Of a DNA stretch of 64,000 nucleotides, positions 1 through 7,606 are shown one piece after another; position 1 is the stretch's first letter; each line of letters opens with the position of its first letter. The DNA is from Spirochaetota bacterium (GTDB lineage Bacteria; Spirochaetota; UBA4802; JAFGDQ01). A program made the position numbers and the translations under genes. The stretch is from the NCBI GenBank assembly GCA_043803405.1, contig JAZDKB010000035.1:1-64000 (forward strand), given 5' to 3'. The notes under the pieces are model-generated. The model did not search any database, had not been told where the DNA came from, and saw only the letters and a program-made list of their open reading frames with translations.

Positions 1-307
1 TATAGAGATGGACACAATGACACAGCAGAACGCAGCGCTTGTGGAAGAGACGGCCTCTGCAAGCGAAGAAATGGCGAACCAGGCGCAGGAATTAATGGGA
101 ATGATAGACAAATTCACTGTAAGCGAAGTGAACAGAAGCGCGGTAAAAACGCAGAAAAAAATACATCTGAAAGCGAACAGCAATAAACCGGCAGCTTTAA
201 AAGACGCGAACCATGACATGTTTCATGTAAAGAGCGATGATCATCCGGTAGTGGATAAAGCCGAATTATCAAAATCAATGAAAGAAGATGGATTCGAAGA
301 ATTTTAA
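1..307 (+). CDS. Methyl-accepting chemotaxis protein, C-terminal fragment (5' end outside window)
   Basis: MDTMTQQNAALVEETASASEEMANQAQEL is a typical MCP methylation helix; flexible tail ends in pentapeptide GFEEF. Confidence 0.93.
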   Translation, partial: IEMDTMTQQNAALVEETASASEEMANQAQELMGMIDKFTVSEVNRSAVKTQKKIHLKANSNKPAALKDANHDMFHVKSDDHPVVDKAELSKSMKEDGFEEF

Positions 308-460
308 ATATTATCCGGCAGGACTGATTTATTTTAACGGATTCTAAGATTGTATCACAAAAAATTATTCAAATGCTGTAATCCAGAACAATAATCAAAA
401 TAGTTCTGTATAGAAATTTACACTCTACTGTATGAATAAAATTTAACGGAGAAGTTGTTT

Positions 461-1000
461 ATGGAAGAAAATGAAATTCGTACTAAAATAAATACTGATG
501 AAAATGCGAAGGAAGAACATCAGCATGTAACTTTTCTTATAGGAGAAGAAACATACGGGGTTGGTGTTGAGACAGTAAAAGAGATCATCGGAATGACGGA
601 CATTACTCATGTGCCTAATACGGCCTATTTTATGGAAGGAGTAATTAATCTGAGAGGCACAGTCGTGCCGGTAGTAGACATGAGAAAAAAGTTTAAAATG
701 GAAACGCGGCAATATGATACTTTTACAGTCATAATAATAGTGGAAGTAAAAAACAGGCTGGTCGGAATGATCGTCGATTCGGTTTCCGATGTCGTAAATA
801 TTCCGGTATCTTCCATACAAAACACGCCTCATTTTACAGCTAAAATCAGAACCGATTTTATAAAGGGCATCGGCCAGATAGATAACAATTTAATAATTAT
901 ACTGGATGTTGATCTCATACTGACAGAAGATGAAATAAATGATCTTGATGCAATTGAGCCGGATAATACTTTGGCAGACAATCAAAAAGACTCTCAATAA
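461..1000 (+). CDS. cheW: Chemotaxis adaptor CheW
   Basis: TFLIGEETYG, GVINLRGTVVPVVD, GMIVDSVSDV motifs; ATG at 461 preferred, GGAG upstream. Confidence 0.95.
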   Translation: MEENEIRTKINTDENAKEEHQHVTFLIGEETYGVGVETVKEIIGMTDITHVPNTAYFMEGVINLRGTVVPVVDMRKKFKMETRQYDTFTVIIIVEVKNRLVGMIVDSVSDVVNIPVSSIQNTPHFTAKIRTDFIKGIGQIDNNLIIILDVDLILTEDEINDLDAIEPDNTLADNQKDSQ

Positions 1001-1063
1001 AATTTTCATTAATAAATTACCCTGTAATCATTAATAATTAATAATTTTTTGGAGTTTATACCA

Positions 1064-3190
1064 ATGGAAGGAATGGAACAATTGAAAGAAGTCTTTTCCG
1101 CCGAAGCGGAAGAGATACTTCATAATCTTGAACCGGATATTATTAAACTCGAAGAAGGAAGCGACCCGGATGTCGTTAATCGTATATTCAGATACGTGCA
1201 TACGCTTAAAGGAAGCTCAGGTATGGCGGGTTTTAATGATGTTTCTGAATTTACTCATAAGCTTGAGAACCTTATATCCGGAGTAAGATCGGGCGAGTTG
1301 ACAACTAACGAAAAGCTTGTAGATATCCTTTTACACAGCATGGACTGGATTAAAATGGTTGTTTTTGAATCCGATGAAACAGAAAAACAGGGACAATTGA
1401 AAAATAAATTATTAATGGCAATCGATGAATATAGACAGAAAAAAACCGGTCAACCGCGGGAAGCAGCATTGTTAAATAATAAAAATGAAAATACAAAAAA
1501 TGAAAATAAACAGGAAAAGCCAAAAGATCTCAATTATAAATTTTTCAGAATAAAAACAAATTTCGAAGACTCGATTTTCAGCAGAGGCATTGATCCCCTT
1601 CTGGTTATGGAAAACCTGGTATCACTGGGACGCGTTGCTTCACGCAGGGTATACAGGGACAGGCTTCCGGATATAAACAGCTTTGATCCGGAAAAATGCT
1701 ATGTAAACTGGGATATTACTCTAAGAACCAAAAAGTCCAGAGAAGAAATTGAGGATATGTTGTTATTCGTCAATGACAACGACCGTATTAAAATAGATGA
1801 TGTTACCATGGATTATAAAATTCATGATAAACTGGAGCCTTCCAGAATCGGCGAGATAATGCTGAGCAAGAATATTATCACTGAAAGCGAACTATCCAGT
1901 GTTCTGGACACCCAGGAAACCGAAGGAAAAAAAATTGCGGAAATAATTATAGAGAAGGGTTATGCGTCCCAGGAGGATGTAAACAGCGCTCTGCAGGAGC
2001 AGGACAAAATAAGAAAAAAAATCGAAAGCGCCACTATAAGAGTCGCTACGGACAAGCTTGATACGCTTCTTAATCTTCTCGGAGAGATCATTATAGGTCA
2101 GTCAGCGATCTCGAGGGCGGCTGACCAGATCGGAGGAGAAGAAGGCGAAAGGGTTCAGAACGCGGTCTACGGCATGGACAGAACAACGCGTGAATTCCAG
2201 GAACAGCTGATGGCAATACGCATGATCCCGATAGGCCCCAGCTTCGATCAGTTTAAACGATTTGTAAGAGACACTGCAAAAGAATACGGAAAAGAAATAA
2301 AGCTTGAGCTTGAAGGCACTGAAACCGAGCTGGACAAAACAGTAATAGAAAAAATAGGCGATCCGTTAAAACACATGATTCGCAATTCCATTGACCACGG
2401 TATTGAGACTCCGCAGGAAAGGATAAAATCCGGAAAACCTGGCAAGGGTGTCATCCGCCTTAAAGCTTATCATCAGGAGGGAAATATTTTTATAGAAGTT
2501 TCGGACGATGGCAGGGGGATCGATAAAAAAAAGGTCAGGAGAAAAGCCGAGCAAATGGGGCTTATCAAGCCTCAGGATGAAGTAAGCGGCGATAAGCTGC
2601 TCAGTTTTCTATTTTTGCCGGGATTCTCGACCGCGGAAAAAGTTGGAAGCCTGTCCGGAAGAGGTGTTGGAATGGACGTTGTTAAAACCAATATTGAACA
2701 ATTAAAGGGTACTATAAAAATTGATACTGAAGCGGGCAAATCAAGTACCATTCTAATTAAACTGCCGCTAACAATGGCAATAATAGACGGCATGCTTATC
2801 AGAGTGGGTAAATGGAAATATATTATTCCTTTATCATCCATAATTGAATCCCTTCAGCCCGGAAAAATGGATGTTAAGACTGTTGAGAGCCAGGGTGAAG
2901 TTGTGAGCGTCAGGGGCAGATATGTGACCCTTGTAAGAATGTACGACCTTTTCGGTATTGAGCCCGAGCATAAAAATCCGTGGGAATCCCTGATAGTAAT
3001 TGTGGAATCGAACGGTGTGTATCTTGGGCTTATGATCGATGAACTTATTGGTCAGCAGCAGATTGTTATAAAGAGCCTTGACTCGGATATTACAAACAGC
3101 CGCGCGATTTCCGGAGCTTCGATACTCGGAGACGGCTCGGTTTCTTTAATTATTGATATTCATGGCCTGGCAGGAGATATGGCAGCATGA
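1064..3190 (+). CDS. cheA: Chemotaxis histidine kinase CheA with MshEN-like insertion
   Basis: Hpt IFRYVHTLKGSSG; HATPase HMIRNSIDHG, DDGRG, GFST, SGRGVGMDVV; C-terminal CheW domain. ATG 1064 follows GGAG (ORF track starts at 1049). Confidence 0.96.
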   Translation: MEGMEQLKEVFSAEAEEILHNLEPDIIKLEEGSDPDVVNRIFRYVHTLKGSSGMAGFNDVSEFTHKLENLISGVRSGELTTNEKLVDILLHSMDWIKMVVFESDETEKQGQLKNKLLMAIDEYRQKKTGQPREAALLNNKNENTKNENKQEKPKDLNYKFFRIKTNFEDSIFSRGIDPLLVMENLVSLGRVASRRVYRDRLPDINSFDPEKCYVNWDITLRTKKSREEIEDMLLFVNDNDRIKIDDVTMDYKIHDKLEPSRIGEIMLSKNIITESELSSVLDTQETEGKKIAEIIIEKGYASQEDVNSALQEQDKIRKKIESATIRVATDKLDTLLNLLGEIIIGQSAISRAADQIGGEEGERVQNAVYGMDRTTREFQEQLMAIRMIPIGPSFDQFKRFVRDTAKEYGKEIKLELEGTETELDKTVIEKIGDPLKHMIRNSIDHGIETPQERIKSGKPGKGVIRLKAYHQEGNIFIEVSDDGRGIDKKKVRRKAEQMGLIKPQDEVSGDKLLSFLFLPGFSTAEKVGSLSGRGVGMDVVKTNIEQLKGTIKIDTEAGKSSTILIKLPLTMAIIDGMLIRVGKWKYIIPLSSIIESLQPGKMDVKTVESQGEVVSVRGRYVTLVRMYDLFGIEPEHKNPWESLIVIVESNGVYLGLMIDELIGQQQIVIKSLDSDITNSRAISGASILGDGSVSLIIDIHGLAGDMAA

Positions 3191-3352
3191 TAAGCTCATA
3201 TACTAAATTACAATATTTAACATGTCAAATAGCCCCGGTACCGGGGAAGAATAATTATTATTCTATAATACACAGGAAAGAGAGAAAGGCTCTGATCTCT
3301 TCTAAGGAAGTGTTTGTAAATCTGGAAAGGGCATTAAAGAAGGAGGCATTGT

Positions 3353-3610
3353 GTGATCATTCAATTACGGGAAGACCTGGGAATAAGAAACATTAAGGAT
3401 TTCTTTTCGCAAATAAAGACAGCGGTAAAGGATGAAGGGGAAATAACCCTGGATTTCAGTAAAATGAGACGGCTGGATCTTTCAGTTATTCAGGTTATCA
3501 TGGCAGCTAACAGAGAGTTGCTGAAAAAAGGGAGAAAAATAATTCTTAAATCCGCTTCTAAGGATGTAAAAAAGCAGTTATTTATATGCGGTTTTGCTAA
3601 AAGACTTTAA
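3353..3610 (+). CDS. STAS-domain protein
   Basis: ITLDFSKMRRLDLSVIQVIMA STAS motif; GTG start after AGGAGG; lies inside the che operon. Confidence 0.85.
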   Translation: MIIQLREDLGIRNIKDFFSQIKTAVKDEGEITLDFSKMRRLDLSVIQVIMAANRELLKKGRKIILKSASKDVKKQLFICGFAKRL

Positions 3611-3722
3611 CACACTATCGCATTCAATTTCAAAAAATCCTTCTATTAACAATTTCGATGTGACGGTGTAGTAGCATTTATTTTTCATTGAAATAACAAC
3701 AACCACTAAGCGGAGTGTATTC

Positions 3723-4094
3723 ATGAAATATATTTTATCAATAGATGATTCGGTAACAATACGCACAAGCGTGGAATTTGCTTTAAAACCGCATGGTTTT
3801 TCAATTAAACAGGCAGAAAACGGAGCAGATGCTCTTAAAAAAATAAGCGAAATTAGAAACGCCGGCGATGATGTAGGTTTATGTATTGTTGATGTAAACA
3901 TGCCGGTAATGGACGGAATAACATTTGTTAAGGAATTCAGAAAGATAGATAAATTTACTCCTGTTCTGGTGCTTACAACTGAATCCGAGAAGAGTAAAAT
4001 CCAGGAGGGCAAAGACGCAGGCGCATCAGGTTGGGTCATTAAGCCTTTCCAGGCTAATCAGCTTCTGGGCGCAGTTCAAAAACTGATTAAATAA
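3723..4094 (+). CDS. cheY: Single-domain response regulator CheY
   Basis: SIDDS, VDVNMPVMDG, LTTES, GASGWVIKPF. Confidence 0.93.
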   Translation: MKYILSIDDSVTIRTSVEFALKPHGFSIKQAENGADALKKISEIRNAGDDVGLCIVDVNMPVMDGITFVKEFRKIDKFTPVLVLTTESEKSKIQEGKDAGASGWVIKPFQANQLLGAVQKLIK

Positions 4095-4138
4095 TCTAAA
4101 TTGTATTAAGTCTCCATTTATTTTGCGGATAAAATTTT

Positions 4139-4729
4139 ATGATTAAAAGCCATTCAAGAAAATTAGGGAGGAAACTGTATATAGTATATCCGGGAGAGTA
4201 CATTGCAGTTAAAGAAGACTGCGTAATGGCCAGCATAACCGGAGCGACGGTCGCAGTATGCCTGTACGATCTTGAGCGGACGATAGGCGGCATGGGGCAT
4301 TTTATAGTGCCTGGGACAATAGGCACGCGGGGGCTTATAGCGGACGATATTGCAAGGCATGGAATTCAGAGCATGGAACTCCTGATGGGCGAGATTGTTA
4401 AAAAAGGCGGGGACAGGAAATACTTAAAGGCAAAACTTTTCGGCGCCGGCTACATTGAAAAAAGCATATCCGGTATGGGCGGCGTGCAGGACAGTAATAT
4501 TAAATTCCTGCACGAATATTTCGCCTTGGAAAAGATTGACATTGTAAAAGAAGACCTGGGCGGTGATTATAGAAGAAAGATTTATTTTTACCCGTTAAAA
4601 GGTAAGGTACTCAGAAGGTTTCAGAAAAGGAACGAGGACTCATCCGAGTTTAAAGTTCTTGAGAAGGAATACATTGACTGCGTTTTCAGGGATCGTGAGA
4701 GAACAGGGAAATTAATATTATTTGAGTGA
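4139..4729 (+). CDS. cheD: CheD-family protein with catalytic Cys replaced (probable pseudo-deamidase)
   Basis: PGEY, VAVCLYD, GGMGHF, AKLFGAG, EDLGG motifs; ITGATV in place of LLGSCV. Confidence 0.85.
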   Translation: MIKSHSRKLGRKLYIVYPGEYIAVKEDCVMASITGATVAVCLYDLERTIGGMGHFIVPGTIGTRGLIADDIARHGIQSMELLMGEIVKKGGDRKYLKAKLFGAGYIEKSISGMGGVQDSNIKFLHEYFALEKIDIVKEDLGGDYRRKIYFYPLKGKVLRRFQKRNEDSSEFKVLEKEYIDCVFRDRERTGKLILFE

Positions 4730-4735
4730 AAATAT

Positions 4736-5584
4736 ATGATTGAACAGTGTTCTTTTTTTAATGATCTGGGTGATAAAGAATTTTATCTGTTAAGAGAAGT
4801 AATTTTTAAAGAGTGCGGTATAAACCTGACTGAGAGAAAAAAAGCCCTTATGCAGTCGAGGCTGATGAAGAGATTAAGATTTTTAAATCTTGATAGTTAT
4901 AAAAACTACTGCGAATACCTCAGAAAAAATTATGAAGATGAAGTAGTCAGCCTTATCAACTGCATCACAACTAATAAAACCGATTTTTTCAGAGAATCAA
5001 AACATTTTAATTTTCTGAAAGAAACCGTTCTTCCGGAGTTTGAAAAAGGACGCGGCACAAAACTCAGGATATGGAGCGCAGGATGCTCCACCGGCGAGGA
5101 GCCGTATTCTATTGCCATTACACTGGCTGAATACTTTAGAAATAAAGTGATGCCCGACATCAAGATACTGGCAACCGATATTGACACAGATGTGCTGGAC
5201 AAAGCTATATCCGGCGTTTATAAACAGGAATGTATGGAAGAACTCGATCTCGACCTTATAAAAAGATATTTTTTAAAAGGCAGAGAGGACAATGAAGGGC
5301 TTTTCGTTGTTAAGGACTCAATAAAAAAAATGATATATTTCAGAAGACTGAATCTGCTGGATAAGGTTTACCCGATGAAAAAACTTTTTGATATGATATT
5401 CTGCAGAAATGTTATTATATATTTCGACAAAAACACACGTGACCAGGTTATAAACAGATTTTATAATTATCTGCACGATTACGGATATTTCTTTGCAGGT
5501 CATTCTGAAACTCTTTCCAATTTCAATAATAAATATTATTTAATCGGGAATACGATTTACGGCAAGGTGCTGCAATGTATATAA
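4736..5584 (+). CDS. cheR: Chemotaxis methyltransferase CheR
   Basis: TTNKTDFFRE, IWSAGCSTGEEPYS, ATDID, IFCRNVIIYF, GHSE. Confidence 0.96.
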   Translation: MIEQCSFFNDLGDKEFYLLREVIFKECGINLTERKKALMQSRLMKRLRFLNLDSYKNYCEYLRKNYEDEVVSLINCITTNKTDFFRESKHFNFLKETVLPEFEKGRGTKLRIWSAGCSTGEEPYSIAITLAEYFRNKVMPDIKILATDIDTDVLDKAISGVYKQECMEELDLDLIKRYFLKGREDNEGLFVVKDSIKKMIYFRRLNLLDKVYPMKKLFDMIFCRNVIIYFDKNTRDQVINRFYNYLHDYGYFFAGHSETLSNFNNKYYLIGNTIYGKVLQCI

Positions 5585-6159
5585 GAACAAGCCTTAAATA
5601 TAATAAAAGAATAAACATTATTCATCCGGGCGAATACTATGTTTCAAAAGATGATGAGATAATAAGCACACTTCTCGGATCATGCGTGGCTGTGTGTCTT
5701 TATGATTCGGAGAACAGGGTGTCCGGAATGAACCATTTTATGCTTCCGGGAAGAATTTCGGAAACGGATGTCTTCGCAGACAGATCCGCCAAATACGGGA
5801 TTACTGCAATAAACGATCTTTTGCATCATATGGAAAAAACAGGCGCTGTAAAACATAAATTAACCGCAAAGCTTTTCGGCGGAGGGCATATAACTTCCTC
5901 CAGACTTGATTTGCATACTATTCCGCACGATAATGTAAGACTGGCAAAGATACTGATAGAAATGGAGGACATCCCTATAGTTGAACTGGATGTCGGGGAT
6001 ATTTACACAAGAAAATTATTCATGGATGTGAAGAGCGGCAGAGTATTTTTAAAAAAGATAAGCAGGGCTGAAGTTTTCAGAAAATTAAACATCAGGGACA
6101 GAGAATTTCTGGCTATCAGGTTGAAAAGCAATGAAGAAAGTAAAAGTATTGATTGTTGA
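5575..6159 (+). CDS. cheD: Chemoreceptor glutamine deamidase CheD
   Basis: STLLGSCVAVCLYD and GMNHFMLP with catalytic Cys and His intact; AKLFGGG. Confidence 0.94.
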   Translation: MYIRTSLKYNKRINIIHPGEYYVSKDDEIISTLLGSCVAVCLYDSENRVSGMNHFMLPGRISETDVFADRSAKYGITAINDLLHHMEKTGAVKHKLTAKLFGGGHITSSRLDLHTIPHDNVRLAKILIEMEDIPIVELDVGDIYTRKLFMDVKSGRVFLKKISRAEVFRKLNIRDREFLAIRLKSNEESKSIDC

Positions 6160-7225
6160 TGATTCTGCTGTTGTCCGCAAGGTATTAACCGAAGCGCTGT
6201 CAAAATCAAAATTCATTGAAGTGGTTGGTTCGGCAATGGACGCTTTTATTGCCGTAACCAAAATACAAAAACTGAACCCGGATGTTCTTACCCTGGACAT
6301 TGAAATGCCGAGAATGGATGGGATCACGTTCCTTCAGAAGCTTATGTCCACCAGACCGATGCCTGTAATAATGGTCAGCTCCTTAACGGACAGCCACGCG
6401 GACATGACAATGAAGGCGCTTTCCCTGGGTGCGTTTGATTTTATTTTAAAAGCGAACCTGAGCAATCAGAAAGATTATGAGTCCTTTTCCGAAGAACTTA
6501 TTGAGAAAGTGATTGCTGCCGGCAGTTCCAGAATGCGGGTGCCGGTTAAATCGCCAGTCATGGATATTCCGTTCGATGTTACCAGGAAGTTCAGCGCGGA
6601 TGTCATTCTGCCCAAGGTATCAACTAAACGCTTTACAGTGAATTCCGACTCCGTTATTGCAATTGGCGCGTCTACGGGCGGAACTGAAGTAATAGCTGAG
6701 ATAATAAGCAAGCTGCCGGAAGATGTGCCGGGCATTGTAATAGCACAGCATATGCCGGAAAAATTCACAAAGTCCTTTGCCGACAGAATTAACGGTATAT
6801 CCAGCGTATATGTAAAAGAGGCCGAAGACAGGGACAGGGTGTTCAGGGGCACTGTGCTTATCGCTCCCGGCGGCAAGCACATGCTTTTAAAGCATGATTC
6901 GGGCGGTTACTACGTGGAGATAAACGACGGCCCGCCTGTCAACAGGCACAAGCCTTCCGTGGATGTACTGTTTCGCTCGTTTGCGCAGACTGCTTCGTCT
7001 CATTCGCTGGGAATTATTCTGACAGGCATGGGAAATGACGGCGCACACGGCCTTCTGGAAATAAAGGAAGCCGGTATATCTACTATTGCGCAGGATGAAG
7101 CTTCGTGCATTATTTTCGGAATGCCCGGCGAAGCCATTAAACTTGGCGCTGCGGACATGGTGAAAAACATTGCAGGCATTACTGCCGAAATAAAAAAAAT
7201 GGCTTCTGTGCAGATGCATATCTAA
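6131..7225 (+). CDS. cheB: Chemotaxis methylesterase CheB (receiver + esterase)
   Basis: LDIEMPRMDG; GASTGG, QHMP, LTGMGNDG catalytic motifs. Confidence 0.96.
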   Translation: MKKVKVLIVDDSAVVRKVLTEALSKSKFIEVVGSAMDAFIAVTKIQKLNPDVLTLDIEMPRMDGITFLQKLMSTRPMPVIMVSSLTDSHADMTMKALSLGAFDFILKANLSNQKDYESFSEELIEKVIAAGSSRMRVPVKSPVMDIPFDVTRKFSADVILPKVSTKRFTVNSDSVIAIGASTGGTEVIAEIISKLPEDVPGIVIAQHMPEKFTKSFADRINGISSVYVKEAEDRDRVFRGTVLIAPGGKHMLLKHDSGGYYVEINDGPPVNRHKPSVDVLFRSFAQTASSHSLGIILTGMGNDGAHGLLEIKEAGISTIAQDEASCIIFGMPGEAIKLGAADMVKNIAGITAEIKKMASVQMHI

Positions 7226-7254
7226 AGTGCGCGCGGCTACGGATCTGCAAATTA

Positions 7255-7463
7255 GTAATATTTTCTATCTGGAATGGCAATTTTCCGTGTCCATACCCCA
7301 AATTCCTGTTCAAAACCCCGAATTCGGGGCATAAACTGGGCAATTTCTCTGCCTGGAATAGCAATTTAGCTGGATTATGTGGCAATTTCCTATTCTGAAT
7401 GGCAATTTCCCTGTCCTGTACAGGAAATCATCCGCAAGAAACGGCAATGATGGCGTTCAGTAT
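7255..7463. repeat. Degenerate tandem array with about 21-bp period, core GGCAATTT
   Basis: Units start at 7276, 7297, 7318, 7339, 7360, 7381, 7401, 7422, 7443 (all 21 bp except one of 20 bp); a weaker unit lies near 7255. Confidence 0.75.
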
Positions 7464-7497
7464 CTTCAGCACAATATCCGGCCGGTTTGAAAAATTC

Positions 7498-7525
7498 TTG
7501 ATTTATAAAAAATTATCCATATAGT
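7498..7525 (+). promoter_or_regulatory. Putative sigma70 promoter for the flavoenzyme gene
   Basis: TTGATT-N16-TATAGT about 80 bp upstream of the ATG; AT-rich context, so a chance match is possible. Confidence 0.4.
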
Positions 7526-7606
7526 AATTTTTTTGATACAACTATTTTGTTGTTTCAATTCTGTTTTTCTGGTAATAACTTTAAGGAATATTTTAAATAA
7601 AGGAGA

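Noticed and set aside
3187..3396. 69-aa ORF between cheA and the STAS gene
   Set aside because: No recognisable motif; overlaps the STAS gene, which has its own AGGAGG RBS
7179..7385. 68-aa minus-strand ORF over the repeat array
   Set aside because: Starts at a TTG inside a repeat unit without an RBS and overlaps the cheB 3' end; not supportable as a gene
7255..7463. CRISPR or TIGR-type guide array interpretation of the 21-bp repeat
   Set aside because: Conserved core is only about 8 bp and degenerate, the period is too short, and no cas or Nop-domain gene is in the window
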